From: Raillietiella orientalis
Lineage: Eukaryota
NCBI GenBank assembly: GCA_036172245.1
Contig: JAYWIR010000001.1
Location: forward strand, 3,534,001-3,598,000
Reading direction: 5' to 3'
DNA: 64,000 nucleotides
Under the pieces are notes generated by a model. The model was not told the origin of the DNA and searched no databases. It saw nothing but the letters and a program-made list of their open reading frames with translations. Positions 40,301 to 54,298 of this stretch are shown one piece after another. How positions within the stretch are numbered: the stretch's first letter is position 1; each line of letters begins with the position of its first letter. Both the position numbers and the translations under genes were made by a program.

Positions 40301-41189
40301 CTCTGAAGCACGGTGTTCGTAATGGTCTTCCTTTATCCAGGAAGGCTGCTCTTCGTCCAGCTGGACTGTGCGCAGTCTGGAGGGTGCTTTTCTTCCTCCT
40401 GTTCACGTTCGAAATTGCACCCCTATTCGTACTTCTGGGGCAGTCTTCCTCGAATGCATGCCGCAGTCTTGAGGTTCCCCGGGTGAGTTTCCACACCGAA
40501 GCTATTGAGGTTCACTGGGGAGACGATACCAATCCTGATATTCCTTACCAGAGTCAGGTCACATCCACTTTTCCTTTTAAAGCCGTCTGCCGAGTGTTCT
40601 TCCATCTTTTCCACGAGGGTCTCACAGTACTCGTCTGCTGATGCACCCGCCTCCATCGTCCCTCTCTGCTGATAAGGTGGAATTTCCGTGTCCCGAATTT
40701 GTTCGACTGGATGAACTGGTTCCCTTCTCCTCATTGTTCTGGGAGGTATAGGGCTTATCAAAGCTTCTCTTATGACAGGGGCAGCACGTTTTTAAAACCT
40801 TACTAGCAGAACTACTCGCTTTACGCGTTTCCTAAAATTTTTCCCTCTCACCCTTGTGAGTGCACCTGAGAAGTCTTTGACTGTCGTTTTCCATTTCGAT
40901 TTGCTCGCTTTCTCTTCTTCCACAGAAACCGCTTTGCTTTCTTTTGTTGCTTTTCCATGGATCCTCTTGCTGCCTCGTCAGCGGCCACAGGGCGCAGCAC
41001 ATGCAAAGGATGTTTGGGCAAGTCCTTCTCAAGGGCGCTGCTTATTCTATCCGGATAAGTCTTTTCTCCTCTTCTCTCCCCCTTCTCAGTGCTTTCTCCG
41101 TGGACTGTAGCCCGAAAAAGCAAGCAGCGCCTCTCACGACCTGGAATTCGATTCTGCAGTCTTGCTAAGAGTGAAAATACCAGATGCTC

Positions 41190-41450
41190 CGTGGCAACGG
41201 TTTCTTCTTTCTGTTTTGCTTCATTGTCACTTACGCAGAAGGTTTCACCCTGTGCCGACATTGCGTGAAGCACCCTTCTTGCCCCCTTCCAGGTAAAGGC
41301 AAACGTCCACTGGACTCTATTGCTGCTTCAGGAGCCAGAGAGTTTGTCAAATTCCCTACTAATCGGAAAGACCACACACTCAAATCTATTTTACTGGTAT
41401 TTCGGTCGATCCATGGTGGTTGCTGGAGTGAGTCTGTTCTCATTAGAGGG
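41190..41450 (+). pseudogene. Gypsy RNase H fragment
   Basis: KFPTNRKDHTLKSIL resembles KF...TDHKPL..I. Confidence 0.4.
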
Positions 41451-42152
41451 CTCGCATGCATGGTTGGAGCACTTTAGTACTTTTCTTTATCAACATGCGC
41501 TCCGCATATCCACCCATATTCATTTTTCCACTCACGTGTTTTTGTATTTTATCCACATCATGCCACATTTTAAAATGTCTCTTTGTGCTTCTTTCCTCTT
41601 CATCCTAAGATTCCGATCTCAAATTGCAGGCTTCGAACGAACGGGGTGGTCGCGTGGTTGATGGATGGAGAAACACCGAGGATCTGTCCCGAAATTCTAG
41701 TTTTTCTATTCCTTCACATACTTCCATTCTTTTCCTTTCCCGGGTGAATTCGTGTTCTTGAAGGCTAACTGCTACGCAGTGCCTGCAGCCACATGTGGAC
41801 CGATACCAGGTCAGCAATGCTCTCGCTAAAAACTGCGCCAGCACGTCACGATCCAACGTTCATCGCGTTAGAACTTGGCCCCAAGTCTTCCGGGTCCTCC
41901 GATTTTCTGGAACGGCGCCCTTTCCTTTGTACTCTCAGGAACCCAAGTGCTAGTTTGCGTGGTTGCCGCTGGCTCCTTGGGCCCCTGGAATCCCAAAAAG
42001 AACGAAGTTGCAGGAACGTGAGCGCGAACCGCTTCTGCTGATTGCGGGGGGGGGGGGGGTTACGTAGAATAAAAAGGCCAGGATCTCTACAATATCTGCC
42101 ATTTTTATTTTCAGAGTCTTGTCCATCATTTTGTCCTAAGCGTACGAGGTTG

Positions 42153-42685
42153 CCCGAGTCAGAGGCCACGTGGTTGAGGTCTCCACGCGTGGTATCAGGC
42201 GTCGCGGATTCGAATACTCGGCAAAAATCCACTCTGAGAGAGGGGGTACGTCGTGGGCTCGAGTTCCTCCTGAAAGATGACGCTGGTTAACCTGCATCCA
42301 TTAGAGTGCGGCAGTGGTAGCGCTTCAAACCGGATGTCCCGAATGAGTGGTCGGGGTTGGGAGTCGACCTCCGCTTCCTGTGATACCTCTCCAGAGTGCA
42401 GAGAAGCGCGCCGTTCCTTTCGAGGAGTCACCCTTCTGCGAAATTTCGGAAGCGTTCCTTCGAGGTTCTCTTCAGAGGAGGAAGTCAGGAGCGGTTCCCT
42501 TGCGGAGGGTCCCTCCGGAAAGAATAAGGAATCCTTTGGATTTCCTTTCGGAGACAACCAGGGTGGAGGATTCCCTTCAGGGATCCCTCCCAGGAGTGAG
42601 GAAAAAGGACTCCCTTCTCCAGACCCCTTCCTGGATTCATGAGGTGATCCCCTCCCTAGGTATCCCCTATCTTGAAAAACCGCAC
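42153..42685 (+). repeat. Unclassified GC-rich interspersed repeat, copy C (internally deleted)
   Basis: Aligns with copy A but lacks ~25140-25280 and one subrepeat block; has the best B-box, ggattcgaatac, at 42206-42217. Confidence 0.85.
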
Positions 42686-42749
42686 TGGTGGTTCTTAATT
42701 TTCTTGAACTTTAGGTTGTCGGGAGAATGCCCCGACAACCTAAAGGTCC

Positions 42750-43700
42750 CATAGGGATTGTTTGCGTTTTGGATGCTAGAGGCAACCACGATGGGTCCCT
42801 TTTTGTGGCCACGGTATTTCATCTCTCTTGTCACCTGTTACTTCAGCCTAGAGAACCAGCTGGTAAGACTCTCGACCGGTTGCCTGACCATCCTCCTCTA
42901 CCAGGGAGGTGATGAGGTCTTTGTGTTTAGTATCTCCCAGCATGCAACGCAGTCGGAACATTTAGTGGACAGTAAGGCGGCGAACCTGAAGATGCTGAAG
43001 ATGGTGAACAACATAAAGAACCGGCCTCCCCTTCATCCTACTTAATCCCTCCGTTTGATCAATCGTTGCAGATATGCCGTTTCATCATGGATAGCGACAC
43101 TCTGAGAGTCAGCCCACTTGCCTCTAGTCATGCAACCTGCATTCTGAACACCGCTGCCTTAGAGTACTATGCAAGGGAGAACGGAATCGCGCGTAAACTG
43201 AACATCGATTTCCAGTTCTAAAGAACCCGTGCATTTCCTGGTCGTTTGAAGGGGTGAAGTTTGGAACTTTAGAAGGAGGAGGAAAGTGGTAATGCCAATG
43301 CGTCTTGTCTACGAGATTTTTTGCTTTCCATGCCGCTGACAGTCCACCCACTAGAAAGTATAGGTCCACTATTTCGCAGTCCGGCTGGAACTTTTCACCG
43401 CGCTCCAGAGGTGAAGACAAGCACTCCAAAATGTTTTCCCAGGGAACGAAGCAAAGATTCGAGTGTAGATCTGAAAAAGACGCAACAGGATCTGTTTGGC
43501 ATTACTTCGTCAGAGCTAGCATGCCTTAGAAAAAACACTTCAAGTAAATGCGGGTTGCTGCTCGGAGGCCGAAGAAAGGAACAGTTTTTTTAGAGGCGCT
43601 ATTTTTATTCCATGACACCTCCATGAGGATCTCGTAGGAAAGATTAAGGACTGACTGAAGAGGAAGACAAATTTCGTGCATCGGTGAAGTCTGCCTTATC
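42750..43700 (+). mobile_element. Decayed Ty3/Gypsy RT-RNaseH
   Basis: VLDARGNH, FSLEN (FGLKN-like), LTILLY, HFL, ELA and LLGGR motifs in order. Confidence 0.45.
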
Positions 43701-44110
43701 GATAGAGTAAGAGAACAATAGATGACATGAGTTAGCACAGTCACAGTGTCATGAGAACTGAAAGATTTACGTATTTTTTTGCGGCGACGCTTCTGATCAA
43801 AAAGGTAGGAGAAAGAAATGTGAAGCCTATGTTGTAAAACTGGAGTCTACGAGTGGTCTTTCCCTATTTGCTTTCGGACAGATGCAATCTGTCAGGCTAT
43901 GGTTAGGCGCACGTAAGCGTTTGTCCTTTTCACCTCTGATATCTTTGGCAAGAAGACTTTTCAAGTTTTTATATCGGGAAGCTTTTCCTTTATGTCTCCT
44001 CTGAAAGAAGGTTGTCGAGCGCTTTCACTTCAGATTTCTCCTGAGTGCATGTGCTTCACTTAATCATCTTTCTCCTTAGAAGAGTATCACTAATGATAAA
44101 CTACCAACTA

Positions 44111-45009
44111 CGAGGCGACTTCAAGAGTAAGGGCCAATCGGAAAGAAAGGACAACAAATAAGAGAAACCGAAATGTATTGGTGCTTCGTACACCCCCATG
44201 TCACTTTTCGGCGTAGCCACCATTCCTTTCCAAACACTTTTGATACAGTAGAAGAAGCTTTTCGAGACCCTCTGCACAAAATTCCGCCTCCTAAGAGTTC
44301 AGCCAGTTCAGCACTGCCGTTTTCCACTGCTCACTTTCCTCGAATCGTTGAAACACTCTGGAGATGCAGGAAGAGGTGATAGTCACCGAGCGCGAGGTCA
44401 GGACTATAAGGTGGGTGATCGGAAAGTTCCCATTGGAATTTCCGAATTCTCTGGAGTGTGCGGACAGCGTGTGTTGCCAAGGCGCGCGTTGTCGTGGAGG
44501 ACACCCACCATTCCTGATGTCAGCATTCCACGTCGTCGGTTCTGAACGGCCCGCCGCAGTCTTGAAAGCGTTTCGCGGAAGACTTGCGAAGTGATGGTTG
44601 CTGTTGAATTCTACCAAAAGCACAGCCTTTTTGTCCCACACACTGCTGGCCGCGCACGCTACGGACGATTCGGAAATTCCAGTGGGAACTTTCTGATCCT
44701 CCACCCATCTTACAGTGCAGACCTCGTCTCGCTGCACCTCAAGAAGTGGCTCGACGATTCGAGGGGGAAGGATTCAAGGGGTTGCAAACTGCAGTGCTGC
44801 TGAACTGGCTGAACTCTTAGGAGGCGGAATTTTGTGCAGAGGGTCTCGAAAAGCTTCTTCCACGATACCAAAAGTGTTTGGAAAGGAATGGTGGCTACGC
44901 AGAAAAGAGACATGGGGATGCATGTGTTTAGCGCCACCAATACATTTTGATTGCTCTTATTTGTTCTTTCTTCCTATCTGATCGACCCTTGCGTTTGAAA
45001 TGCGCGTCT
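44111..45009 (-). mobile_element. Mariner-derived non-autonomous fold-back element (MITE-like), copy 1
   Basis: TA flanks on both sides and mariner-like TIRs. The minus strand encodes VWDKKAVLLVEF, ETLSRLRRAVQNRRRGMLTSG..LHDNAR and HPPYSPDLALGDYHLF. The plus strand at 44635-45009 is an inverted copy of the same 3' end (HPSYSADL...EGLEKLLPRYQKCLERNGGYAEK). Confidence 0.92.
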
Positions 45010-45199
45010 TATGTCAAAGGAATATTAACGGACTGCATGCTACACAATGTTAACTTAAATCTAAAAATAAGTGATTAAATATGAAACAGACGAAAGAAAC
45101 AGTAAAACTATGCAGTTTATCTATTGGATAAATTCCAACTTCATCGGTCCTCAGACATTGTGCCAAAAGGAGGTGCTGTGGCAGATCAATGGCTTGTTC

Positions 45200-45900
45200 C
45201 AGATTCCTTGCAATCCAGCGCGCATGAAGAAATTCGCTTCGATCGGCCCTATCTGGGGCTTTCATATTTCCATGGGATCATGACTGATCAAGATTCATCT
45301 ACTCCATCCATCATTCACGGAGGCAAAGCCAGCAATTGCATCTGTGTCTCTACAAGGAGACTAAAAACTCTTGCATAAGTTTGCCGTTTTAGAAAACGCA
45401 TGCTAGAATCTGAAAGTCGAGGAATCTGGTGATTCCTAATAACGGTCCGCCATCACTTGGATGACGTCAAGACATGCAAATCGGCCATCTCTACCTCTGA
45501 AACCCATTTCAATCAAAAGCATTCCGACTGATGTGGGCATTAAATAAACTTTCCTTCCCGTGTATCTCCTCCCATTGGTTAAAACAGATCAGATTTCGGA
45601 TCGCCTAGAGTGGATCTTTGATGCTTCATGATGCAAGAGTGCTGTGCAGAAACTGGATGCGGGAGTCTTGATTTCACACCTTCGTACTGTACCACATGTC
45701 TCCGATATCACCCACAGTGCGTTTTTGCCACGGTGCAAGCTGCCATTCTAAAAACCCTGCAATCACATCTCGTCAAAATGTAGGGCTATACCATCTACTC
45801 ACAAGCAGATTCCCCTTCGCTTCCCAAGTGGAGGCGTATCGGTCAGGTTCCGGTTTCTCAACACAGCAAAAGACTGTGCGATCTGCTACCTTGTGGCCAG
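45200..45900 (+). pseudogene. BEL/Pao pol remnant
   Basis: YLLPLVKTD...RLEWIFDAS (YLPHHPV...KLRIVFDAS-like), preceded by LPF. Confidence 0.5.
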
Positions 45901-47899
45901 AAGGCTGGTCAAAACCAGTCAGCTGGGATTAGTTCCAAGGCAGAGACCCCTGGAAAGAAGAGCTGCCGCTCTGCAAACTACAAAGCTCGGTGGCAGGAAG
46001 GAGTGGCCCCCTGGATCTACATTGTGTGCACGCACACAGCGTTGATACATCCCACCCACAGTCTGGGAGAAGTAGAATCCCTGGAGGAAGTGGGAGGAAA
46101 TGGGAAGAAATGTTTGCAAGCCACTGCCATTTCGCTAGCCATTTTCGCTAGTCCTCTCTACGGAAGGGAAACAACAGCTGCTAACCGGCAGGGTGGATGA
46201 TCTCGTAGCCGGAGCGACGAAACTGGTGGGCTGGTGGATGGCGGGTCTGTTGGCTGACAGCGACCCACGGTAAAGGACCGCTCCGTTGAGCAGGATGCCT
46301 GGGGATTCTTCTACAGTCAGGCTGCAGCCGCCGCATCACCTAGCCCCCATAGTAGCATTTTCCTGCTTCCTTAGATTCATTCTTCTTCCAGATGGATGAC
46401 CTCTGTCAGGAATCTTTGTCTCTCTCTTTCTCCGTTTCGAAGGTTACCTAAATAATGTAGGAGAGCGGATCGCCGTATCCGAAAATGCGTTTCGCATGTG
46501 AAGAGCAAGACTGTGGCTCGGAGATCTCAAACTTGTAAGAAAGGGTGGGGTGGGGGTTAAGGGGGAAGGAAATCAGCCGGCTCGTTGCGTTGCGCTCGTT
46601 GACGTTAGGAACTTGAGACAGCTAGGAAGACGTGGCTGCTGCCAAGACTGCACGCCCTCGCGTTTCCCTCCGTTCCGTTTACTGTGGTTGGCCGCTTCCT
46701 CTTGTGACTGCCCTCAGGATTTGTTGCCACAGGTTCTGAGACATCCATGCTGACTGCCAGGTTCTTCATTCGCTCCGCCACTCGGATTCGCTTCTCCGTT
46801 AACGCGGATTCCTATGGGCAGAAGTTGGGACTTCTGGACGTTGACCCTCATTATCGGAAACCGGTCTGCTTGCAGAAACGGATGCTGATCCCATTCGTCC
46901 TCCAAAAAGAAGAGAAGATCGTCCGCATATGCGCAGGGTGTCAGTCTGTGCAGCTCCTTGGAGACTGCCGCCTGTGCCGATCAGCGACGACACCTCCTGC
47001 TTCATGGAGATCCCAGACAGCATCCGACTGATCCGCCCGTTGGACAGAATGCCTGAGGGTTCCTCCGCCGGGAATGGTGACTCCCTCCCTTCTCCATTCT
47101 CTACCTGAGCAGTTCTGTGCTCCGCCTCAGGGTGGCTGCACGAAGAAACCTTGCCGTTCGTACACTGGGGACTCCCATGAGACGGCGCCGCTGGAAGGCA
47201 GCGAGCGTCTCCCTGGAATGCGAATGATGCGGTGGAACGGAAACTTCCGGCACACCAGCTGTCGGAATGCGGCGACTTTCGCAGCGTGTGGAAGCGCCTG
47301 GCGGCCGATCCATTTCGACCTGAAGACGCTCCAGAAGAGCTGCTGCTGCGGCGCAGATTCACGCGCGACGGACTTTCTGCGGTTTCCTCGATCGTCCGTC
47401 TCCGTGTCGCGTCGGAAGGAACGCGGCGTCCCGGAACAGTGAGGAGGCGCGCCAGCAGTGAGGAGGGACTGCTCGCCTCGACTCTACAGTGACGTCGGAC
47501 TCGGCAAAATGGTCTTGGAAGGATGACGGATTCCAGGAGGACTTCTCATGCGTCGTGCGCAGGTTATTACAGAAGAAGTAGTGGAAGTGACCGATGACTC
47601 CTTCCCTCCTTCCATTTGCATGGACTTGTTTCTCATGCCCTCGTCTGCATCCTTCCTACACTTTTGTGTAACCGGGATGCGAGACGGAGGTTTCTTTCTT
47701 TCTTTCTTTCTCCTGGATTTTTTCATGGACGGGCGCGCCCACTGATTCACATGGCCTGTTTGCAGATTCCTATTCCACATTTACTAAGCATTTGTGGATA
47801 AAATGGACTTTAGTACCAGCATTGAGTGTTATGTACACTGTTTTACTGATTGTAAATGTTAGTATGATAGTGTTTATTTTCATTTGGGGGGAGGAGTGG

Positions 47900-49800
47900 A
47901 GAATGGACTCCCCGGCGTAATCAAACGAAAGTGGAAGGAGGATCCAGCCCTGGTGATACCGTTTCGTTCCCGTGCAGTGGGGAAGGCAGCACTGAATCCA
48001 CCAGAGACTACAATCCAAGATTGCCTGTGATGTCCGCGCTCAGCACCAAGCTTTGAGGGTTCAAACCCCACTTGGAGAAGTGAGAACGAGTGGAAACGGA
48101 TGGAAACCACCACGAGATGCGACTCTTCCCAACACCAAGTTTCCAAAGGCATGAAATTGACAAGGCTGGAAAGCTGAGGGGAGCCACCCGAACGCAGCCT
48201 CCCACCGATTCCGAGCAGCCCACGCGTCAACCTCAAAGGGATGGGAGCAGCGCTCTGGAAGTCGGGACTCTCACTAGGACCTCAGGACGACCTGCTGCTG
48301 TGCTACCGTGGTGGGTCTTTTGCGTGGTATCCGGCATTGACAGTGGACGGAGAATTCCCAGCAAGTTCACATGGAATGCGGCGGAAAAAAGGGAAACCCC
48401 ACCCACTCCACGCCGTGCTAGTGCTGTCGAATGCTTCTCCAGGATTGATGAGTGCTGCGAGACAGGTGCCAGGCTTGCGCGACAGGACCAGAGCGTAGAT
48501 CTTCTGGAGATTCTTCAAGAAAGAAGGAATTGCAGCCGTGTGGAACCTCTGAGGTGCGGGAGACGATACTCTTCTTCATCCCAAAGCTTCATGATGAGGC
48601 GGAAGATTCTTGAAGAGGAAATCTGGCCTCCGCGAGGATCCTAGAAGGAATACCAGTGAGGATCCACAGCTGGGGAAGGGTGTCTTTCCGGGCGCTCAGG
48701 AACTTCTTGCAAGAGTTGCAAGTGACTGCCCGGCTGCAGAACATTCTGAACACATCACGTGTGGAGTGACAAGTGAATGACGGGTGACAATCGGGCTGGA
48801 GCCTACTCAGTATATCCCTGCGTGGGGCATCGCCGAAGGCTGGGTGCTGTTTTACGTCGTCGTGCCATTGGATTTGGGATCAAAGTCGTCTCGCTGCTGG
48901 TCGAACGGAGGACGAAATGCATCGAGATGCCTTCCAAAGATCATGGAACTCAAAAATAGCCTCCAGAAGATCCGCGTACCTTTGCCTTCCCTGAAATTCA
49001 GTGTGAACAGAGAGACCGCGGTTTGTTTCCAGATGTCTGGAAACTCAGATCACAATGGATCCCGTTTTAGACGTTTTCACACATCAAGAGATGAGTGGCT
49101 AGAGAGGAGGAAACAGCGAAAGGAAAACGGAGCACAACTCATCACAAAGCAAGAGTGTGTACCATGGGGAGGCCACGTCCCGTGCCGGTCAGCGCCGTGC
49201 GTTCATGTCGCAGCTTCAGTGTCAAACACGTCAGCTGTTGCTGACTGATTCGTGTGGCGCAGCTCAGCACCGCTCATCAGGGAAAACGTAGCTTCCAGGT
49301 GCAGGGAATGCACGATGCTGAAAGGATCCTTAGAACACATCTTTAATCGCTTCATCAGCGATAAGGCCAGGATCTACTACAAGACACGATCCTTGAGCTG
49401 CCTCTCTCCGGCGATTATTCAGCAACGTGGCCGGAAGAACAAAGACAGAAGCAGAAGAGCAAGCACGGTCGAGAACTGAATTCCCATTTCACCGTCAGAA
49501 GGAGTGTCGTAGACCCTTGTCCCAGGATTTTCCGTAGGCACCCCGGGTCACAAGATCCCGGGGGGATCTGCGGCGAATGGAACACTGGAATCTTGTAATA
49601 TGCGGCGAACGAACAAGCAGTAAGGGAAGACAGGAAGAAGGCATACCAAGAAGGGAACGGTGCGCTCAAACATCCAGTATTCCAGGGGTGCACATATGAA
49701 GCTGAAAACACTTTCTGAAACAACAGCCTCACAGTCACAAGGAGCGCACTGGGAACAACAGGCAGATGCGAAGATGGAAACTCATTGGAATCTCCCTTAC
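47900..49800 (+). mobile_element. Decayed Ty3/Gypsy pol
   Basis: DKAGKLR, VLSNASP, TGDNRAGAYSV (TDAS..GIGAV-like), KDH and AYQEGNG (YHPQ.NG-like) in RT-RH-IN order. Confidence 0.5.
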
Positions 49801-50279
49801 TTTTCACTTTGGTTCGTATCCCTTCCCCTATTTTAACATGATTGTAAATAAACAAGAAGATGAGAATAAATTGAAGGAGGCTTCATTAAACCGTTACACC
49901 TGTGACAGGCTCCCTCAGGGCGCAACTGGGAGTCGGAAAGGTCCTAGCTGATTTCTTTTAAAAATAGGCAGGCGCTGAAACTTGATTAAAGGATGGGGAA
50001 GCGTGCTCACGTGACGCCAGACTGAAACGACGCTTCTGGATGTTAGCAGCAGCTGGCGAAGAAGGAATCGAGTTTGCAGTTGCGAAATCTTTTGGCGTGG
50101 ACCAGAAGTTTTTGCAGCTCGGAGGGTTTCGGGAATCTGAGCCTGGGAAGGTGTTTCAGGAATCCAAACTATATGAAGAGCCCCACAGCAGCAGTCTTTG
50201 CCCAAAGGGAAGAGGAATAGGCAAATCAGAAGATGTCGAAAAACTCCATTACACTGTGTTACCTTAAGCGAGTGGCAGC

Positions 50280-51000
50280 CAAATTCCAGTCAGTGGTGTC
50301 ATTCGAACGAAATGAGGCTGAGTGAACTGCCGTTGGCCTTGGTGTTCCCAGTGCAGCATTTGCGTGTGGGAAAAGATAAAGCGGCAAGCAGAAAGGCGAA
50401 TTGCTAATCATGAACCAGGAAGGTGGCTTGCTGAATTTTGAACTCAGATTTCGGAAAAAGTTTCCCAATTCACGATAGGCTTCCTTGCGTTCTTCTGGAC
50501 CGCACGCTTCCGTTCAAGAAGTGCTGATGCAGCCTGGGCTTGAAAAAGGCACAGCCGTCTCTTGCAACCGTCTCATGCAAGATGGACGACGCGAAAGAAA
50601 AAACCTCATTACATATAAGCGGGAAACACGCAAGACGACGATGCTTCAAAAAATACCAAAAAATTTTCTTGTTTGGTTTCATCCTCGCCTGGGATGTTTT
50701 GGATGGTCGCTGAAATGTGGAAGAATTGGCTGGAAACAACAGCAACTCTTAGCAGCAACGGATGCCTTACACGAAGAGAAGAATTTTGTTGACACGCGAT
50801 GGCTACGGGTGGAAAGAGCCGGAATGAAATGAGATTAAAGGGAATCATTCTTTCTGTGGGCTCATTTCACCGCCCAGCACTGCGTCATCGATTCAACGAA
50901 TGGATCATGAATTACAGAAAAATTCTGCATCGACCACTGGTCTTGGGATCAATGATTTTCATGTTGGGGTAATAACGGGTGGTAGCATGTTCTCTGGAGT
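50280..51000 (+). pseudogene. Possible DIRS RT/RNaseH remnant
   Basis: LPLAL..P, ATDA and H.FNE motifs; weak. Confidence 0.25.
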
Positions 51001-51299
51001 CACGGCTTCGTGTGTTGTAAGCCGCTTGATCCTTTGAACTCATGGCAGAAGTAAATGGAGTCCCGGAGCAAGTGAGCACCAGCCCCAATCTCCAAGAGCC
51101 AGATTCCCCCGTTGGAGGCCGTGTGGCTACGGTCTCCAGCGTCCCAAAGGATCAACGCACTTCGCGAATCCCAACGAGTGATGCCTTTTTTTCAAATTTG
51201 TGTGGTGGTTGTGGACATAGTGGCGTGATGGCAGTTCAAGAATCGCGATGCCTGCGATTCTTGAACTACGCTCGCTGCTCATGGACTGCCCAAGGAGGA

Positions 51300-52075
51300 C
51301 CACCTAGCACGCAACCCCTCACTTGCAGCCACGCTCGACTCAATCCAACAAAGTGGAAATAGCGATGACCATGAGAGATGGGAAGTATCCTGAGAGATCG
51401 CTTGAAAAAAGAAGCAGCTGGGATGCTGGATGGCGCGTCAACTGGCTGACGCATGCCCCCCTCCACACAGGGAAATCCGCCACTGTACGGAACTAATGAG
51501 CGTAGAGGTAGAGAAGAGGTAGAAATCACCCCACTGTTTGTGGATAGCTCCACGCTTCCTCGAAGTGGCCGGACTCAGCATTGCAGTTGTTTCACTGGGC
51601 GATCCATGCAACGAGCGAGTCCACTACTGGACAAGAGGGAGTGCAGCCCCAGAACTGTGCCAGACACAGGGAACGGGGAACCTTTGCACACCTGTTGTTG
51701 GATTGTGTTTTCCCTCCTGAGAAAATCTGGAAACGCTACGCTGCTGCCCTTCCGCTCCCGAACAACGGCAGAGAAGTCTTGCGGTGCCTCTTCGTGCGCG
51801 GCTCGATGTCGTCTGCAGCTTCCCACCTTGCAGCTCCGTGCTGCCTTCGTGGGAATGTGGCGGCGAGGAGCCGCGCCAAAAGATACCAGTCGTACGGCGA
51901 GGTCATCGTCTGCTCGTTCATGAGGAAGACGACGAGATGGCCACATCTCTACCAACTAAAAGAGGGAGTTGCCAATACCCTCCAGGGGATGCTGAGGGCG
52001 CCAGGAAGAAATCTGATCCCTTCCCTTCCCCAAAACAAAGACAAACTTGCCAAACACATAGCTGCTGTTACATAG
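51300..52075 (+). mobile_element. L1/Tx1-like ORF2 C-terminal (zf-RVT) remnant
   Basis: QLFHWAI...NCARHRERGTFAHLLLDC...IW, homologous to the motif at 36258-36845. Confidence 0.7.
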
Positions 52076-54298
52076 CTTTGGATTTTTACATTCGGTTGCA
52101 TACAGAGCATGCTGGAGGAGGATGCAAACCAATGGCAGTGTAGGGGAAGGAAACTCCACACCCATTTCTGCTATCAAACTGTTCCTCTCCATCTCGTCCT
52201 CCTGAAGGTCTGTCTGAGCTGTCATTCAAAGAAACATCTGAACAGTCGCTTGAGTTCAAGAATCTCAAGATTCGTACAGAATGCATGGCTTCTTGGCCTC
52301 TTGGCTGAGATCAAAGTGCAGAACGTATCCTTGCGAGAACGGATGCGGAGGTTCATCTCACCAGTGCTTCACAAAGGGCGAAAAAGTCCAGAGCTTGAAG
52401 AACAGGATAATCGTGAAGCTGCGAATGGAGCACAGGGAAGAGTCCCTATTCTCATTCAAGGTGTTCAAACATTTCGTTCAGAATCAGAAAGCGGTGTTTT
52501 CTGTTTTTGATGTGTTGAGAGGGGGGACGAACTCGGTTGTTAACGAGGAGCGATGCCGTCCAAGTACTAAACATGAGAATCCTTTCAGGAGTCGGGATTC
52601 ATCCCTTCTATTCGGATTCTGGAGCGAGGAGATGAAATCGCGATGAATGAAGGGAATTTGGATTTGAGAAGCATTCTCTAATCTAACTTCTGCAGCTCAT
52701 CTCTCTAGGGTAATGTGTAACCGAAGGACTGAGTGCGTATGTTGACTCCAGAGATCTGGGAGCGCTTCGGAGAAAGCTTGACTTTAAGAAACTCGGAAGG
52801 CAGATGCGGAAAGGAGGAGGAATAGCAGAAGGTTCTGATTTATGCATCGTTCCTAAGGGAAATCTTTTCAAAGAAGTCGAACCGAGATGAAGACGATCAG
52901 AAGCAGCTCGTCAGTGTTTTCATCGAGGACGGTTCCAAATTTGAGTACTTCCTCATCGAAAGCTGCTGGTACCGCGTCAGGATCCTGTCTGCATCAGCTG
53001 CAAAGTGCAGTACATATCCCAGCTGCAGAGGAACGAAAAATTCCATCCTATCTGAACTCCCAGTACGTCTAATTCGAAAAGGTTCCTGGCATGATTTCCT
53101 GTCTTTTTTTTTTTTTTTTATGAACCGGAAAATAATCTAACGTTGGGATGAAATCCAGTGACGGGAAAGATTCCAACACGTTGGATCACTGATATTCCAA
53201 AGGCAAAGTCAAAATGATGGATGCTGCATTCTCACTCGACTTGCCATGACTGAACGAAGGACCCTTAGGAACTTCTCGCAGAAATTTCGAAACTTCCTCG
53301 GAGACTTGAATTCCTTCGAATATTGGCAAAACTGAACACTGAGGTTCCCTGTTCCGCTGCAATGATTTCGATGGTGCCATAGTGGTGAGTTTATCGTGGT
53401 GACCATTAATTTTTATGACATGCCCAGTGTATCAGGTGATTCGATAAACCTAAAATTCCACACAATAAGTTTAAGCGACGGATTCCTTCTATCTAGTGAT
53501 TATTATTTCTGAAGATCAAATAAGCTCCAGTCTTGAATATTTTAGTTAATGTTCTATTCGTGCAGATGGTGCTGAGATTGTTTCAAAATATTAACCACCA
53601 AAGCTCACGTAGGGGGCTTGATGGTTAATATTATTGCTCTCTACATGAGGCAATTAATATTTCAAAACCATATGTCATCACGAACGGTCACCTCTACAGT
53701 CTATCGGACCATTTGAAGTGTCTTCTGTTGAAAGTTTAGAATGCATCCTTATATGTGTGTCGTTAATATATATATGCAGTGTGCAGATGCTTATACATGT
53801 GTACATAAACTCAGCATAACAGTGAGAACAGGCGGAAGAACGTAGAGGCATCGTACTGTTTGTTGGACTTTTGGTAATGGCAAGTCTAAATTAAGAACAT
53901 GATTTGCTTTTATATCTTATCTGTAGTGCTCTTCCGAGGATTCTTGCAACGATACAGAAATATCTATAAGAGAATTCGCAGGAGATTCTTCCAAGTTTCA
54001 CATCTCATGTTGACTGGTATTGTTTTCTAGATGCCTGGCCTTGGCGTATTGCCTTAAATCCACGATCCAGTGTGTTTCCCTAAAAGTTCTCATTTTCGCT
54101 GTAAAAGTTCCGAGAAGCAGCTCCTCCATGTATCAATGGAGACAAGAATCTCAACATAGCCATTAATTAGTAACGCGTTCTTCATTCTGCATTAGCTCAG
54201 CTAAACGCGCGGAGGGTAAACGGTCGTGTGCCATTTAGAGTACACGAAGAGTCCAAATTATTCGATAATTCCATAATCAAAAGTCATCACAGGTATAT

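Noticed and set aside
42277..42642. Conserved small protein shared by the repeat copies (LLRNFGSVPS...FLDS)
   Set aside because: The similarity follows from nucleotide homology; frames shift between copies, so coding is unsupported.
52100..52650. Possible tyrosine recombinase HSxR motif on the minus strand (similar hint near 55500-55750)
   Set aside because: Single short motif, too degenerate to support.
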